Origin: a virus
Strand: one strand, 5' to 3'
Virus record (IMG/VR): IMGVR_UViG_3300026097_000980
Span: 1-64,000 of that record
Length of the DNA stretch: 64,000 bases
Shown here: positions 28,401 through 37,350 of the stretch, piece by piece
How positions within the stretch are numbered: the stretch's first letter is position 1
How the letters are laid out: each line of letters starts with the position of its first letter
The notes under the pieces: model-generated
Seen by the model: only the letters and a program-made list of their open reading frames with translations
Told to the model about the DNA's origin: nothing
The model's database searches: none
Program-made: the position numbers and the translations under genes

Positions 28401-31400
28401 ATTCTATGTAGTCATAGTTGCTTCTAAGCTGTGTTAAAGCCAACCCAAATGGTATAACAGTGTGTGTTCCTGACTGCGTTGCCCCTGAAGTATCAACAGG
28501 TGTTCCGTCTAAGGTAGTAGAAATTTTGAATTGGGTATCTGTTAGTCCATCTTCTAATACATAATATACGGTGTTTCCATCTATTGGATCTGGTAAATCA
28601 CCGTCAGTTAAAAATTGGATTTGATATCCGGCCTGCTGTCTGTGTGGAACTGTGGTAGTTACAACCGCTTCTGAAGCAATAGTTATGCTTGATACTTCAA
28701 AATCATCAAAATCATATGTATCATCATAATCGGAGAAATCTAAAATACGATAAATGAAATTACTATCGTTTAATACTAATGCTGTACTGGGTCTTGTACT
28801 GACATCGACAACATCCCCAGTTAACACAACATAACTGTTCTGACGTATCGAGATTCTAACTCCGTTGCTTACTGCGGCATTCAATCCGCCAGAAGAGCTA
28901 ATATTAAGTTTACATAACTTCGTTGCTTCGTCTATCATTTCTACGGTAGACAAAGAATACCGTGTCAGCGAACCGTTTTGATTTATTTCAATTTCAGAAC
29001 CTGGTAATGGCAGATAGTCGTCGTAAATTACATACAGTTCAATGCCTTCTCTTCGGTTTTCTGTAGTAGCATCTTCGTTTACAACCGTGGCGCCTTGAGA
29101 TAATTCGTGATAAAGCGTAACTGGAACCGGTACTTCTAAAGGATCCGATCCTTCGGCTACGAGTGCGAAATTACCGTGTGCTGAACTACCACCGATGGAT
29201 CTAATCTGTCCGCCGTTTAAACTATAATAAGAAATTTCATTATAGTATGTAAACATCGACACTGCTTCCGTTAAGCCGCCGTTTGTTGCGATTAATCCAT
29301 AACCTAAATCGTTAACCTGTGTGTAGTCGTTTGAAAGCATTGATCTGTTTCCAGGCATCAATACTTCAAACAATCTTCTAAAAGAAACTGTTCCAGTTCC
29401 TGCACCTGTTAACGTAAGAGGAGAACCACCGGGTATTACACTTACAGAAAATGTAGTGTCTCCTAAGTTAGCAGTAACCACATAATATTCTTGTCCGGCT
29501 GTAATTTCAGTCGGTAAAGTTCCAGTTGAACTAAATGTAATTGTTGCACCGATATCTAATTCGTGATCGGCCGAAGTTGTAAATACTCCAGGAGAACCCG
29601 GAGTAACAGTAACATTAATATCAGCAACTGGTCCTGTGTATGGAGTTCCTTCGTCTAAAACAAATTCTGCTGTAGATCCAACCGGGCTGTATATGAAATT
29701 TCTTACATAGTTAATTCTAAAAATTCTATCGTTTACAATAAAACTTGCAGGCAACTGAGGGAATCTATCCAGTCCTGAAACCTGCATTCTGGTACCATCG
29801 CCGTCTAAGTCTTGTATAAGATTAAACTGAAGGTTACCTGTAAATCCATCTACAAACATCCCCCCTGCAAACGTTTTACTTCCTGTGGATCTAGAAAAAC
29901 TTGCAGATTCTTGACAGTAAGGAGACTTAGCAAGGATTTGTCCTTCCGGATCCAACACCATCATGAACCCGCCATGACCTTGCCCTGTGATTGCTCTGAG
30001 AATTACTGCATCGTTACACAGGAAAACATCTAACTCGTTGTTATCTTTTGGAGCGTTGGCAGCACCGGAATTACTTACAATGTCAATAATTGCATCAATT
30101 AAATCCCCTACAATTCCGTTATCGTCAGTAATAGTTCCGCCGCTCGTATATGAGTTTATTCCGTCGGCTGTTAGTGCGTTAACTGGTGTTCCTGAAGCTT
30201 CGTCAGCTGTGAGATCTTCTAATGTGTCGTATAGATACAATTTAGTAGGAGATACAACTTTTACAAAATAATCGTTTCCGTTTAATTGGAATGATCCACC
30301 GACGTCGCCGATTACAACATTTTGTCCATCGGTGAAGTTATGGTTAGTTGCAGTTACAATTTCTAAAGGAATAGTAGCAGTATCTACATTTGAAATATTT
30401 ACACTGCTTCCTCCAACCCCTGGCTCCGAAACAAACGCATTATCTACAATCTGTGGGAATGCGGCGCTTCCTAAGAACAGTTCTGTAATTGTGGTATTTT
30501 GCAGTATCAGTTGAATTAGTACATTAATTCTTTGAATTGCCGCTACTGTTTGACTCAACTGTGTTGTTATTGCAACTCTACCGCTGGCAGTATCGTTGTA
30601 CTTGAGAGCCGCAGAGATTGTTCTTGCCTGGCCACCGTATTTCAAATCGAACACCAAAGAATCTACAATTAATCCAACATCTCTTTTACATCTATCACTA
30701 TCGTATTCGAAATCTAGATCGAAAGGATCAATGGCATTCTCCACCTGATAATCGATCCATGCAACAACTTCGTTCTGGATGAACTTTTTGTTTAATCTTA
30801 TCAATTCAGCCGCCGCAGTATAATCTCCTTTGTTGTTAATTAAAGGATACACAGGCTGGGTACTGTCTGTTAGATAATGATAACCGAAAGGTTGTGTAGC
30901 AATTGTATTGCCGTCAACGGTTAGCGGTCGTTTAAATTTTTGAAAAGCCCAAGGCGAACTGCTAGGTCCTACTCTTGGTCGAACAATCGTTCTTCTAAAT
31001 TCGTTTCCTATAACAGCAACGTTTTGCGGAACTTTTAAAGGAAAATTTTCTTCGTATATTCCAGTTTCTACTAAAATAGAAATCTGAGTTTTCTTTGCAA
31101 CATCACCGTATGATATTATTTCGTCTTCCTGAAATGCTCCAGATTTGATGTCCACATCAAAAATTTCATTTCCGTCTGAATCTAGTGCGCCTTGATGTGC
31201 TAAAATTTGTGCAATAGCACCAGAAGTCTCGCCTCTTAGAAATAGTCCTTCTCTAATATCTCTGCCAGCAATTGCCGCAGGAGTATCTGTGGTTATGTCA
31301 CCCGTAAAATCAGTTCTGTTACCGTCGGTTCTAAGCAAAAATCGCGGAAGATCCACAAACAAATCAGGAGTTGAAACAAATCCGCTTCCACCGTCGGTAA

Positions 31401-32700
31401 TTGTTACCGCTGTAATTTCTCCACCTACAACAGTGGCTCTACCAAATGCACCGGTTCCTGTCCCGTCGTTCGGTGTGACACGAACAGAAACAAGTCCGTA
31501 ACCACTTCCTCCGTTTGTAACTTCGACGCTGGCTACTTTGTATGTGACATTAACCTGTGCATTTGCGCCAATACTTTCGCTATCAGAAGTAGTCGTAAGT
31601 GCAGTGCTTCCCGGAACCACCGTATATCTACCTGTGCTGATAACTCTTAAACTAATAATTTGTCCAGGATTAGTTCTGGTTGCTAGGACTTCAAATCTGG
31701 CAGCTTCTTCGAAAGTACCACCGTCTAAAGTTAAAATATCGCCTGCTCTAAAGTTTACGCCTGGGAATGTTTCACTGAGTTCGACTGTGTCTACGCTCAT
31801 AAACACTGTGCCGGCAAATCCAGTTCCGCTCGCCGGTGAAGAGTCAATGCCTGCTAAGGTTACTGGAGTAGCACCGTCGTTGAAAGTTAAAACTTTTTTG
31901 TATGGTCCTATTTCGTCAGGAGCGTCCAACAGAATTTCTTCTGCTTTTTTAAGTGCGGCTTCTAATGTTCTATAAGCGTAAGCTAACGCCCGTCCTTGCA
32001 GGTCGTCGGCAAGGTCAGGACGATCGTCCTGCCCTGAAGTTGCAACATATAAATTAACCTGGCTACCAAAAGCAGAATTATCTACATATGCCTTAGTGGC
32101 AGCAACTAACCCGTTATAAGTAGTATCATCTTCTGCGATTGGACTTCTAGATAAGACCAAAGGCCCAGTCATGACTCCAGCTGCCGGATCGGTTTGCCCG
32201 GTAATAGGATCGATAGTATCAATACCCGCAAGACTTATTTTTCTATCTGCATACGCTTTATTGATTGCTTCATGTTCGTATTGCGGAACCAGCGGAGTAT
32301 CGTCATCGCCTAAGTCAATAATTCTATACTGCCTCGCACCGGACTGCGCACTTAAATCCCCGCCTAGTTGCGGGTCGGGATCTCCTGATACCGCCGAAAA
32401 CTCTGAATTTATGGTGATTTTTGTAGGATCGGTGGTTTGATCTAACGTGATACCTACACCCGGATCGAGTGCCTTAAACACAACACCGTCTTCGGTGCTG
32501 TTAACACTTAACACAGTATTTTCGAATCCTACAAATGTATCCGGAGTATCGCTTAGACCAACGAATGTAAGTCTTTCTCCTAGACCTAACGAACTGTATA
32601 ATTCTCTAAAGTTATCATTTACCTTACGAAACGATTCACGAATGCTATCGCCTGTTCCGTCGTTGCCGACCGTACCGATATCAATAATTTTTCTTGCCAT
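25447..32700 (-). CDS. Giant (~2417 aa) tail fibre/spike with probable C-terminal intramolecular chaperone domain
   Basis: gp10-like N-terminus IDIGTVGNDGTGDSIR; YVATSG.D..G..AYRTL..A motif; CKRDVGLIVD; C-terminal ATYADLAEYY..GRVPVKV..GKAL. Confidence 0.75.
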   Translation of the reverse strand: MARKIIDIGTVGNDGTGDSIRESFRKVNDNFRELYSSLGLGERLTFVGLSDTPDTFVGFENTVLSVNSTEDGVVFKALDPGVGITLDQTTDPTKITINSEFSAVSGDPDPQLGGDLSAQSGARQYRIIDLGDDDTPLVPQYEHEAINKAYADRKISLAGIDTIDPITGQTDPAAGVMTGPLVLSRSPIAEDDTTYNGLVAATKAYVDNSAFGSQVNLYVATSGQDDRPDLADDLQGRALAYAYRTLEAALKKAEEILLDAPDEIGPYKKVLTFNDGATPVTLAGIDSSPASGTGFAGTVFMSVDTVELSETFPGVNFRAGDILTLDGGTFEEAARFEVLATRTNPGQIISLRVISTGRYTVVPGSTALTTTSDSESIGANAQVNVTYKVASVEVTNGGSGYGLVSVRVTPNDGTGTGAFGRATVVGGEITAVTITDGGSGFVSTPDLFVDLPRFLLRTDGNRTDFTGDITTDTPAAIAGRDIREGLFLRGETSGAIAQILAHQGALDSDGNEIFDVDIKSGAFQEDEIISYGDVAKKTQISILVETGIYEENFPLKVPQNVAVIGNEFRRTIVRPRVGPSSSPWAFQKFKRPLTVDGNTIATQPFGYHYLTDSTQPVYPLINNKGDYTAAAELIRLNKKFIQNEVVAWIDYQVENAIDPFDLDFEYDSDRCKRDVGLIVDSLVFDLKYGGQARTISAALKYNDTASGRVAITTQLSQTVAAIQRINVLIQLILQNTTITELFLGSAAFPQIVDNAFVSEPGVGGSSVNISNVDTATIPLEIVTATNHNFTDGQNVVIGDVGGSFQLNGNDYFVKVVSPTKLYLYDTLEDLTADEASGTPVNALTADGINSYTSGGTITDDNGIVGDLIDAIIDIVSNSGAANAPKDNNELDVFLCNDAVILRAITGQGHGGFMMVLDPEGQILAKSPYCQESASFSRSTGSKTFAGGMFVDGFTGNLQFNLIQDLDGDGTRMQVSGLDRFPQLPASFIVNDRIFRINYVRNFIYSPVGSTAEFVLDEGTPYTGPVADINVTVTPGSPGVFTTSADHELDIGATITFSSTGTLPTEITAGQEYYVVTANLGDTTFSVSVIPGGSPLTLTGAGTGTVSFRRLFEVLMPGNRSMLSNDYTQVNDLGYGLIATNGGLTEAVSMFTYYNEISYYSLNGGQIRSIGGSSAHGNFALVAEGSDPLEVPVPVTLYHELSQGATVVNEDATTENRREGIELYVIYDDYLPLPGSEIEINQNGSLTRYSLSTVEMIDEATKLCKLNISSSGGLNAAVSNGVRISIRQNSYVVLTGDVVDVSTRPSTALVLNDSNFIYRILDFSDYDDTYDFDDFEVSSITIASEAVVTTTVPHRQQAGYQIQFLTDGDLPDPIDGNTVYYVLEDGLTDTQFKISTTLDGTPVDTSGATQSGTHTVIPFGLALTQLRSNYDYIEFNIFDSQPFQTPESLTACTVSVANPGVISATGHGLRIGDVVKFSAVSAPPGISLNTHYFVSTQNYTSNQFSVSPVAPIDSTLIGINGALSGNTISGLSDTSNISIGDKLIPKADLTDLTLNGDGVTATATFAKRKLPPYLPGQEIVISSGVAYNGTYEIITCDNDSFTFASAATGTVGPATSTVSVTGSLGTAPTVLNVPTSTTLTVATTGSSDGSVVFDIESSSVETTGTGTSVEFGKVIGDQGTNQIAVENINDGDTLRIQTGITGVPYELTYYGITYQVTGIDSTDPDYTVLTLNNNLDTSAVIYSDSQTLKAGLGVPSTQSEGTLTIRISLTRATSHDFLEIGTGSYADTNYPNEIYGPAVNNFRATPLFATDEDEDGETVSTSQVQERSNGRVFFVSTDQFGNFSVGPFFKVDQGTGSVTFSASLALSQLDGLGFKRGAVIAEFSVDDTMADAAADAVPVESAVRGYIDKRLGLTHTGGPVLESQIIPAGGGFLALGGQLAMRNDLNVGDNRLTNVADPVAPTDGVNLQSLTIENFANFDVTDPNANDILVFTGDSDGTINATVVGDIALGVDSTLGTIDAQIQPDVIVDADINSSADIAQSKLDLTLASGRASAPTGTDAEKQAASGVSSFDNTQFTVTDGFVTLKDNGVTLSKIQKLAADTVIGNSTGSSATPTAVSFSTIVNEGLALKKSNFISTGFIRRKNVSSFTGDTGTGIGDSYEMVDSSPLNVADTLVKRDGAGGFAAEIINAQELQIDSRDFADSFSTGGSAGAIAIYGYLGNVAITMSDGGDVADKNTFYDNETHIFRKQNGINNAPIVCSGVTAQSLTTGAVLTTGTVEGQWSLSTGSRFEATYADLAEYYEGDTVYDVGTVLVFGGEKEVTVGSKYSDSAVAGVVSDSSAYSMNSGCPGHKNLIALQGRVPVKVVGKIKKGDLLTTSEIQGVATRTLDAKVGTILGKALQDYDSTEVGIIEVAVGRS

Positions 32701-32765
32701 GGCCAATCCTGTTTTATATGAAGTATTTATTTGAAAATTTTAAAAGCCGAATGTTAAATAAGTTT

Positions 32766-33053
32766 ATGTATTTAAAATCTGAAAATATAGTTACAGAACA
32801 TGTCAGAATTAGTAAATTAGGTAAAGAACACAGTTATTCGAGAAAAAAAACAGTGGCCTTTCTGGTTTGTGACAACTGCGGCAGTGATTTTCAACGAGAC
32901 CTAAAACACATGGACAGGAAACGATTAAACAATAATTACTTTCATGTCTGTTCTAATTGCGATGCAAAAAAGTTTGCAAGGCGCAAAGGTCTAGAAAGAA
33001 AGCAGATATGGGATATGCCAGCCAGTGCTGACATTCCCGTATCAAAATACTAA
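32766..33053 (+). CDS. Small CxxC...CxxC zinc-binding protein (start MYLKSE)
   Basis: CDNC...CSNC; TAAATA at 32755-32760, 5 nt before ATG. Confidence 0.6.
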   Translation: MYLKSENIVTEHVRISKLGKEHSYSRKKTVAFLVCDNCGSDFQRDLKHMDRKRLNNNYFHVCSNCDAKKFARRKGLERKQIWDMPASADIPVSKY

Positions 33054-33060
33054 TAATTAA

Positions 33061-33747
33061 TCAAACATTTTCTTTGTAGAACATGGTTAATAATTGTTTA
33101 ACGATATCCGATCTTACAACATCGTCTAGTGTAAATCTCACAATAGGACATGAAATTCCGTGTTTAACACACATGTCAACAAATCTTGTTAGTGCCATAC
33201 CGTTTTTTACATCTGATTGATTTGGATCTCCCATAAGAACCAGTTTTGCGTTTTCTCCTATGCGTGTAGTAAGTGCTTTTAATTCTTCTAAATCTAAGTT
33301 TTGAGCTTCGTCGACTAAAATAATAGAGTTTTCAAAACTGTTTCCTCGTATTGTTTCAAGAGGTTGAATAACAATTCTTCTTTGTCGCAAATCACATTCA
33401 AATCTACCCTTACCCATTGCTTCTTCAAGAACAGAAGTTATTGGTTTGAGCCACGGTTCTAGCTTTTCTTCAACTGTTCCTGGAAAATATCCAAGTGACT
33501 TACCAGTAGAAATATTAGGACGAGTGATAATAATTTTGCTATATTGTCCTTTTAGGTACAGTTGCGCAGTTTTCATTCCTGAACAAAAAGTTTTACCTGT
33601 GCCAGCCGGCCCGATACACACAGTCATTACACTGTGTTCAATACTATCCAGCAGATATTGTTGCGTAGAATTTTTAGGTTGTATATGAAATGCCGCACTG
33701 CTGTTTAGTTCAATAGCGAATGACTCTTTTTTATTTTTTCTAGACAT
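33061..33747 (-). CDS. phoH: PhoH-like ATPase
   Basis: GPAGTGKT, ITRP, LGYFPG, RGNSF, DEAQN, TRIG, GDPNQSD, VRS. Confidence 0.93.
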   Translation of the reverse strand: MSRKNKKESFAIELNSSAAFHIQPKNSTQQYLLDSIEHSVMTVCIGPAGTGKTFCSGMKTAQLYLKGQYSKIIITRPNISTGKSLGYFPGTVEEKLEPWLKPITSVLEEAMGKGRFECDLRQRRIVIQPLETIRGNSFENSIILVDEAQNLDLEELKALTTRIGENAKLVLMGDPNQSDVKNGMALTRFVDMCVKHGISCPIVRFTLDDVVRSDIVKQLLTMFYKENV

Positions 33748-33762
33748 AGTTTCTCCCAGGGT

Positions 33763-33802
33763 AAAAAAGAAAAAACCCCACTGGCATTTACTACCAACGG
33801 GG
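33763..33802 (-). terminator. Intrinsic terminator-like hairpin just upstream of phoH RBS
   Basis: CCCCGUUGGUA-GUAAA-UGCCAGUGGGG (11 bp, 3 G-U) followed by U-tract. Confidence 0.7.
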
Positions 33803-33838
33803 CTTATATTCTTTGTGATTGTTTTTGTACTTTAACAT
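33791..33838 (-). CDS. Putative 15-aa leader peptide MLKYKNNHKEYKPRW
   Basis: ATG 8 nt after TAAATA (33847-33852); stop lies in the terminator 5' arm. Confidence 0.3.
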   Translation of the reverse strand: MLKYKNNHKEYKPRW

Positions 33839-33877
33839 ACAAAAAATATTTACCTGAAATGTTCGATCTTATACCTG

Positions 33878-34045
33878 TTATGCTTCTTTTTTCCAAAGAG
33901 TCCAAGCACCGTAAACTACAGCAATTAGACCTGCAAATTTAGCAAGGTTAGCCGCAAAAATAGCAACTAGACCCATAACGATTAGTCCTGCACCGTCCCA
34001 GGTAGTTCTTTCTTTAAGGCGTGATGTAATCCATGATTTAACCAT
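33878..34045 (-). CDS. 55-aa two-TM membrane protein (holin-like), below ORF-track cutoff
   Basis: MVKSWITSRLKERTTWDGAGLIVMGLVAIFAANLAKFAGLIAVVYGAWTLWKKEA; AGGAG RBS; TAAATA 34065-34070. Confidence 0.75.
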   Translation of the reverse strand: MVKSWITSRLKERTTWDGAGLIVMGLVAIFAANLAKFAGLIAVVYGAWTLWKKEA

Positions 34046-34102
34046 TTTGTTTCTCCTGTGCCTATATTTATTGTAAATATTTGTCCTTAAGGAGAATAAA
34101 AC

Positions 34103-34420
34103 ATGTTTGGATTTTTAAAGAAACTTTTCGGTTCAGAAGAATCATCGCTCTATACTAAACCAGAAAGCGAAAGCAGGGTAGGCATTGACAAACCCAAAGT
34201 CACTCCTACCATTGAAGAACCAAAAGCAAAACCTGCACAGACAAAACAAGAACAGCCTAAAAAGCGTGGTCGTAAGAAAGCCGGTATTACAAAAACCGAT
34301 CTTAACAAAATGACCAAAGACGAGTTAGAAGCTTACGCTAAGAAGGAACATAAAGTTGATCTTGACAAGCGTAAGAAGAAGGCAGATCTTGTTGAGGAAG
34401 TGTTGAAGCTTGCGAAGTAA
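34103..34420 (+). CDS. Basic protein with C-terminal Rho-N/HeH-like helical motif
   Basis: DLNKMTKDELEAYAK...LDKRKKKADLV; AAGGAG RBS; TAAATA 34074-34079. Confidence 0.7.
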   Translation: MFGFLKKLFGSEESSLYTKPESESRVGIDKPKVTPTIEEPKAKPAQTKQEQPKKRGRKKAGITKTDLNKMTKDELEAYAKKEHKVDLDKRKKKADLVEEVLKLAK

Positions 34421-35426
34421 ATTCTTCGTAGAGCTTCGCGCTCGCTAAGTTTTTCATCTTTGCTTCCACCATAATGTCTGAGTATTCCCAAAACTCCTTT
34501 GCCCACGCATTACAGGCTGTATTCCACATATAGTCTGAGTGGGCACGGAGTTTTTGCTTTTTATATCCCCATTCTAACAGTTCTGACATATCTGGCTTTT
34601 TATCAGTAGGATGAAGATTAAGTAAATCTTCTCTGCTTAATGAGTAATGAATTACAGGACGAACACCGCGCCAGCTGTCTATTATACGCTTATATTGATC
34701 TGATTCGGGTGTAATGTAATGTCCTTCACGGACCCATTCATGATGTATATCCAGCACGAGGGCAAGGTCGTCGGCAAGTTCGAGGCTGGCGTCTGTTCCC
34801 CAGCACATTTCGTCGTTTTCGATTGTGATAATGTTTCGTGCTTCTGACGAGAGTCTTGGGAGGACTTCTTTGATACCTTGTGGCCCTTTTCTACCCGATA
34901 TGTGTACATTGCATTTAAAGTCTTGAAACGATCGACCGTAGCCCATCCATCGTGCCATATCAGCATGATATTCAAACTCCTCGATACTTCTATTTACTAT
35001 ATCTTCACTTTCGCTACTAAGTACAGTAAACTGACCAGGGTGAAAAGATAGACGCACGTCAAGATCGCGAGCAAGATCCCCAACCCTTGCAAACGCTCGT
35101 TCGCAATAGTCGCGCACGTCGCTACGCTTCCAAAAGTAGCTCCAACTGCGTTCAGTATAAACAGGAAGGCAATCACTCCCCAGCCGAACCATTCTAAGCC
35201 CATCGGGCAAACCTCCTACATATTCTATCAGATTGTAATAACTTTGAATGTTATGCTCCATCAACTCCCAAAGACGTTGTTCTGCATCTTCTTGAGTTTG
35301 ACGATTAAGCCATGCAACAGTTGTGCATCGAGTATTGAGTGGACGCTGAATTTCTTCTAGCACTTTCTTTTTCTGATCTTGATCAAGGTGCATGTATTTG
35401 CATGCAAAACCAATACGTTTTTTCAT
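34338..35426 (-). CDS. uvsE: UV damage repair endonuclease UvsE/UVDE
   Basis: RIGFAC, RLGSD, RLSFHPGQF, NVHISG, IENDE, LDIHH, HSDY, DIMVEAK.K. Confidence 0.92.
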   Translation of the reverse strand: MKKRIGFACKYMHLDQDQKKKVLEEIQRPLNTRCTTVAWLNRQTQEDAEQRLWELMEHNIQSYYNLIEYVGGLPDGLRMVRLGSDCLPVYTERSWSYFWKRSDVRDYCERAFARVGDLARDLDVRLSFHPGQFTVLSSESEDIVNRSIEEFEYHADMARWMGYGRSFQDFKCNVHISGRKGPQGIKEVLPRLSSEARNIITIENDEMCWGTDASLELADDLALVLDIHHEWVREGHYITPESDQYKRIIDSWRGVRPVIHYSLSREDLLNLHPTDKKPDMSELLEWGYKKQKLRAHSDYMWNTACNAWAKEFWEYSDIMVEAKMKNLASAKLYEEFTSQASTLPQQDLPSSYACQDQLYVPS

Positions 35427-35438
35427 AGCCATAACATT

Positions 35439-35467
35439 AGTTTACATTGAAAAAACAGGGTTGTCAA
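35439..35467 (-). promoter_or_regulatory. Sigma70-type promoter for uvsE
   Basis: TTGACA-17-TAAACT. Confidence 0.6.
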
Positions 35468-35993
35468 CATAACTAACCCCTATTCCTATTGTTTTTCTGC
35501 TACCGTTTACACTAAACCATCGATGTTCAGTATCGGAAGTATTACGCCAGCATATTAGTCTGTTATGTTTATACGGAAACGATAACGTTATTCCTTCGTT
35601 GTTTCTTGCTTCAAAGTAGCCACCGGGTTTCTGACCTAAGTAAAGCATCATATGATACTTTTTTTCAGGAAGATCGGTATGCCAATCTCTTGCCAGTCGC
35701 ATCTCGTGATCAACATAATCTCTAAATGCAATATGATTCAACCTTGTGGACTTTTCGTATTTGTCGTTAAAAATAATATCTAAAGTTGTAATCAGTTCTT
35801 TCTCTCGTTGAACGTAGTTTACATCGTAAAACTCTTTGAAAACACCATTAAGATCTGGATTTTTTAACTTTCCGCCTTTTACTGGAAAATTATCTCTCAT
35901 TGTGTCGGCTACTACTTGCGGAAGTACATTTTCTATAAGAATCATCGGCCACGGTAAATCAAATTTTGTGTAGGAGTTCTGTAAAATATACAT
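35442..35993 (-). CDS. 2OG-Fe(II) oxygenase-like protein
   Basis: HTD...LYL...H...R facial-triad pattern. Confidence 0.65.
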   Translation of the reverse strand: MYILQNSYTKFDLPWPMILIENVLPQVVADTMRDNFPVKGGKLKNPDLNGVFKEFYDVNYVQREKELITTLDIIFNDKYEKSTRLNHIAFRDYVDHEMRLARDWHTDLPEKKYHMMLYLGQKPGGYFEARNNEGITLSFPYKHNRLICWRNTSDTEHRWFSVNGSRKTIGIGVSYVDNPVFSM

Positions 35994-35994
35994 T

Positions 35995-36690
35995 TCAATG
36001 CCAGTTTTCGATTACAATTTTATCTTTAACTTCGTGTGGTTTAGGCTCACCGTGAAATACCAGTACAGCACAGTGTTTGTGTGGTTGGACATCATCTCTA
36101 ACAGTTTTAAAAGAACGTTTATTCGCTTTATACAGCAATTCACTGCGATCTCTAACTTCCCATTTGTAGCTCTGGATCCATTGATCCGGCCAAAAACAGA
36201 TTTGATTTTTTGCAACCTGCCATATCCAATCTTGATCTCCGTGTAATCTCTGTGCTTGTTTCTTGTCTCTTATAAAATTATCAAAGATATGGTTATGATG
36301 ACCAGCCATCCAGCTCATAATACTGCTATTGAGTACATTCCATTTAGGATTAAACTTTCGATTGAAATCGCGAATACCATAAAATCTGTCTCCGCAGTTG
36401 TCATAGAGTCTGGTAAGTGCTCCGACTATGACCACGTCCAGGTCAAAGTATAACATTCTACCTTCTAGACCTAGATTTTTATCAAATAAATGTACTTTAT
36501 GCCACCACGCTTTTTTATATTTTTGATTTTCTAAAATTAAAAGTTCAACACCTTCAATCGGAGTAGGATCGTCGGTAATACAATAAAATTTATACGGTCC
36601 GGTGATATTTCTCGAAACCATATTTCTTAATCGTTCTACATATTCTATACCGTATAACGATCCTATTCTAACACAGATAACATTTATCAT
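35995..36690 (-). CDS. Glycosyltransferase-like protein (GT-A)
   Basis: WWHK, YFDLDVVI, NSS, GDQDWI, VFHG.PKP; start MINVICV. Confidence 0.75.
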   Translation of the reverse strand: MINVICVRIGSLYGIEYVERLRNMVSRNITGPYKFYCITDDPTPIEGVELLILENQKYKKAWWHKVHLFDKNLGLEGRMLYFDLDVVIVGALTRLYDNCGDRFYGIRDFNRKFNPKWNVLNSSIMSWMAGHHNHIFDNFIRDKKQAQRLHGDQDWIWQVAKNQICFWPDQWIQSYKWEVRDRSELLYKANKRSFKTVRDDVQPHKHCAVLVFHGEPKPHEVKDKIVIENWH

Positions 36691-37274
36691 TAAATTTGTA
36701 ATCTCTTTAATGCTTCTTCGGGTGCTTCCCAATCCCAACGAGATTTCATCGGAAGTGTTTGTTCACTTGGCATTTTACGTTGGGCATCGGTCTTAGCGGT
36801 GTCTTCATCTACTTCTACCATTGCATCGTTGCGTTCGTGCTCATACACGCGAACACGTTCTACATAACAGCGACCTTGTGTAAGTTTGTAGATATAATGA
36901 TTAACATGTTCCCAAATAAACAAACTGCTCATTTCCATACTTACTCCGCTAGGTAACACTCGAAGTGTTCCTAACAATCCTCCGGTGTCTGTTAGCGAAT
37001 CTGGAATATTATTTAATCTTGGATCATCTGCTGGTAATACAGTTACATGATCGAAGTAGTATTCCAAAAATTCTTTCACAGGCTTTAACCCGCCGAACGG
37101 AACAATCCATCCATGCTTGTCAATGTCGCCTGCGAATGTAAATTCCACTGAACGATCGTAACCGTGTACCTGAGCACAGTGTCCGGGTGTACCGTCTTCG
37201 TTTGTATCAAACCATTGTGCATGGCCACATGGTAAATTTTTAAATACTTTAGTTGCTTTTACTTTTATACCCAT
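36690..37274 (-). CDS. queD: 6-carboxy-5,6,7,8-tetrahydropterin synthase / PTPS (T-fold)
   Basis: GHAQ..HCAQVHGY, FGGLK, FDH, VYEH.RN. Confidence 0.85.
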   Translation of the reverse strand: MGIKVKATKVFKNLPCGHAQWFDTNEDGTPGHCAQVHGYDRSVEFTFAGDIDKHGWIVPFGGLKPVKEFLEYYFDHVTVLPADDPRLNNIPDSLTDTGGLLGTLRVLPSGVSMEMSSLFIWEHVNHYIYKLTQGRCYVERVRVYEHERNDAMVEVDEDTAKTDAQRKMPSEQTLPMKSRWDWEAPEEALKRLQI

Positions 37275-37344
37275 CTCTTGCCTCCTGGTGAGTAAGTTTG
37301 ACAGGCGGCAGAATATTTAATGAGGGATGACGCCTAAGACCTCT
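37275..37344 (-). ncRNA. preQ1-I-like pseudoknot riboswitch candidate (5' UTR of queD)
   Basis: AGAGG-UCUUAGGCGUCAUC-CCUC-AUUAAAUAUU-CUGCCGCCUG; loop AGGCG pairs with CGCCU, which alternatively pairs with the SD region. Confidence 0.65.
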
Positions 37345-37350
37345 ACGTTA

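Noticed and set aside
23744-32700. Diversity-generating retroelement target in fibre genes
   Set aside because: No reverse transcriptase, and the repeat copies differ at synonymous positions rather than only at adenines
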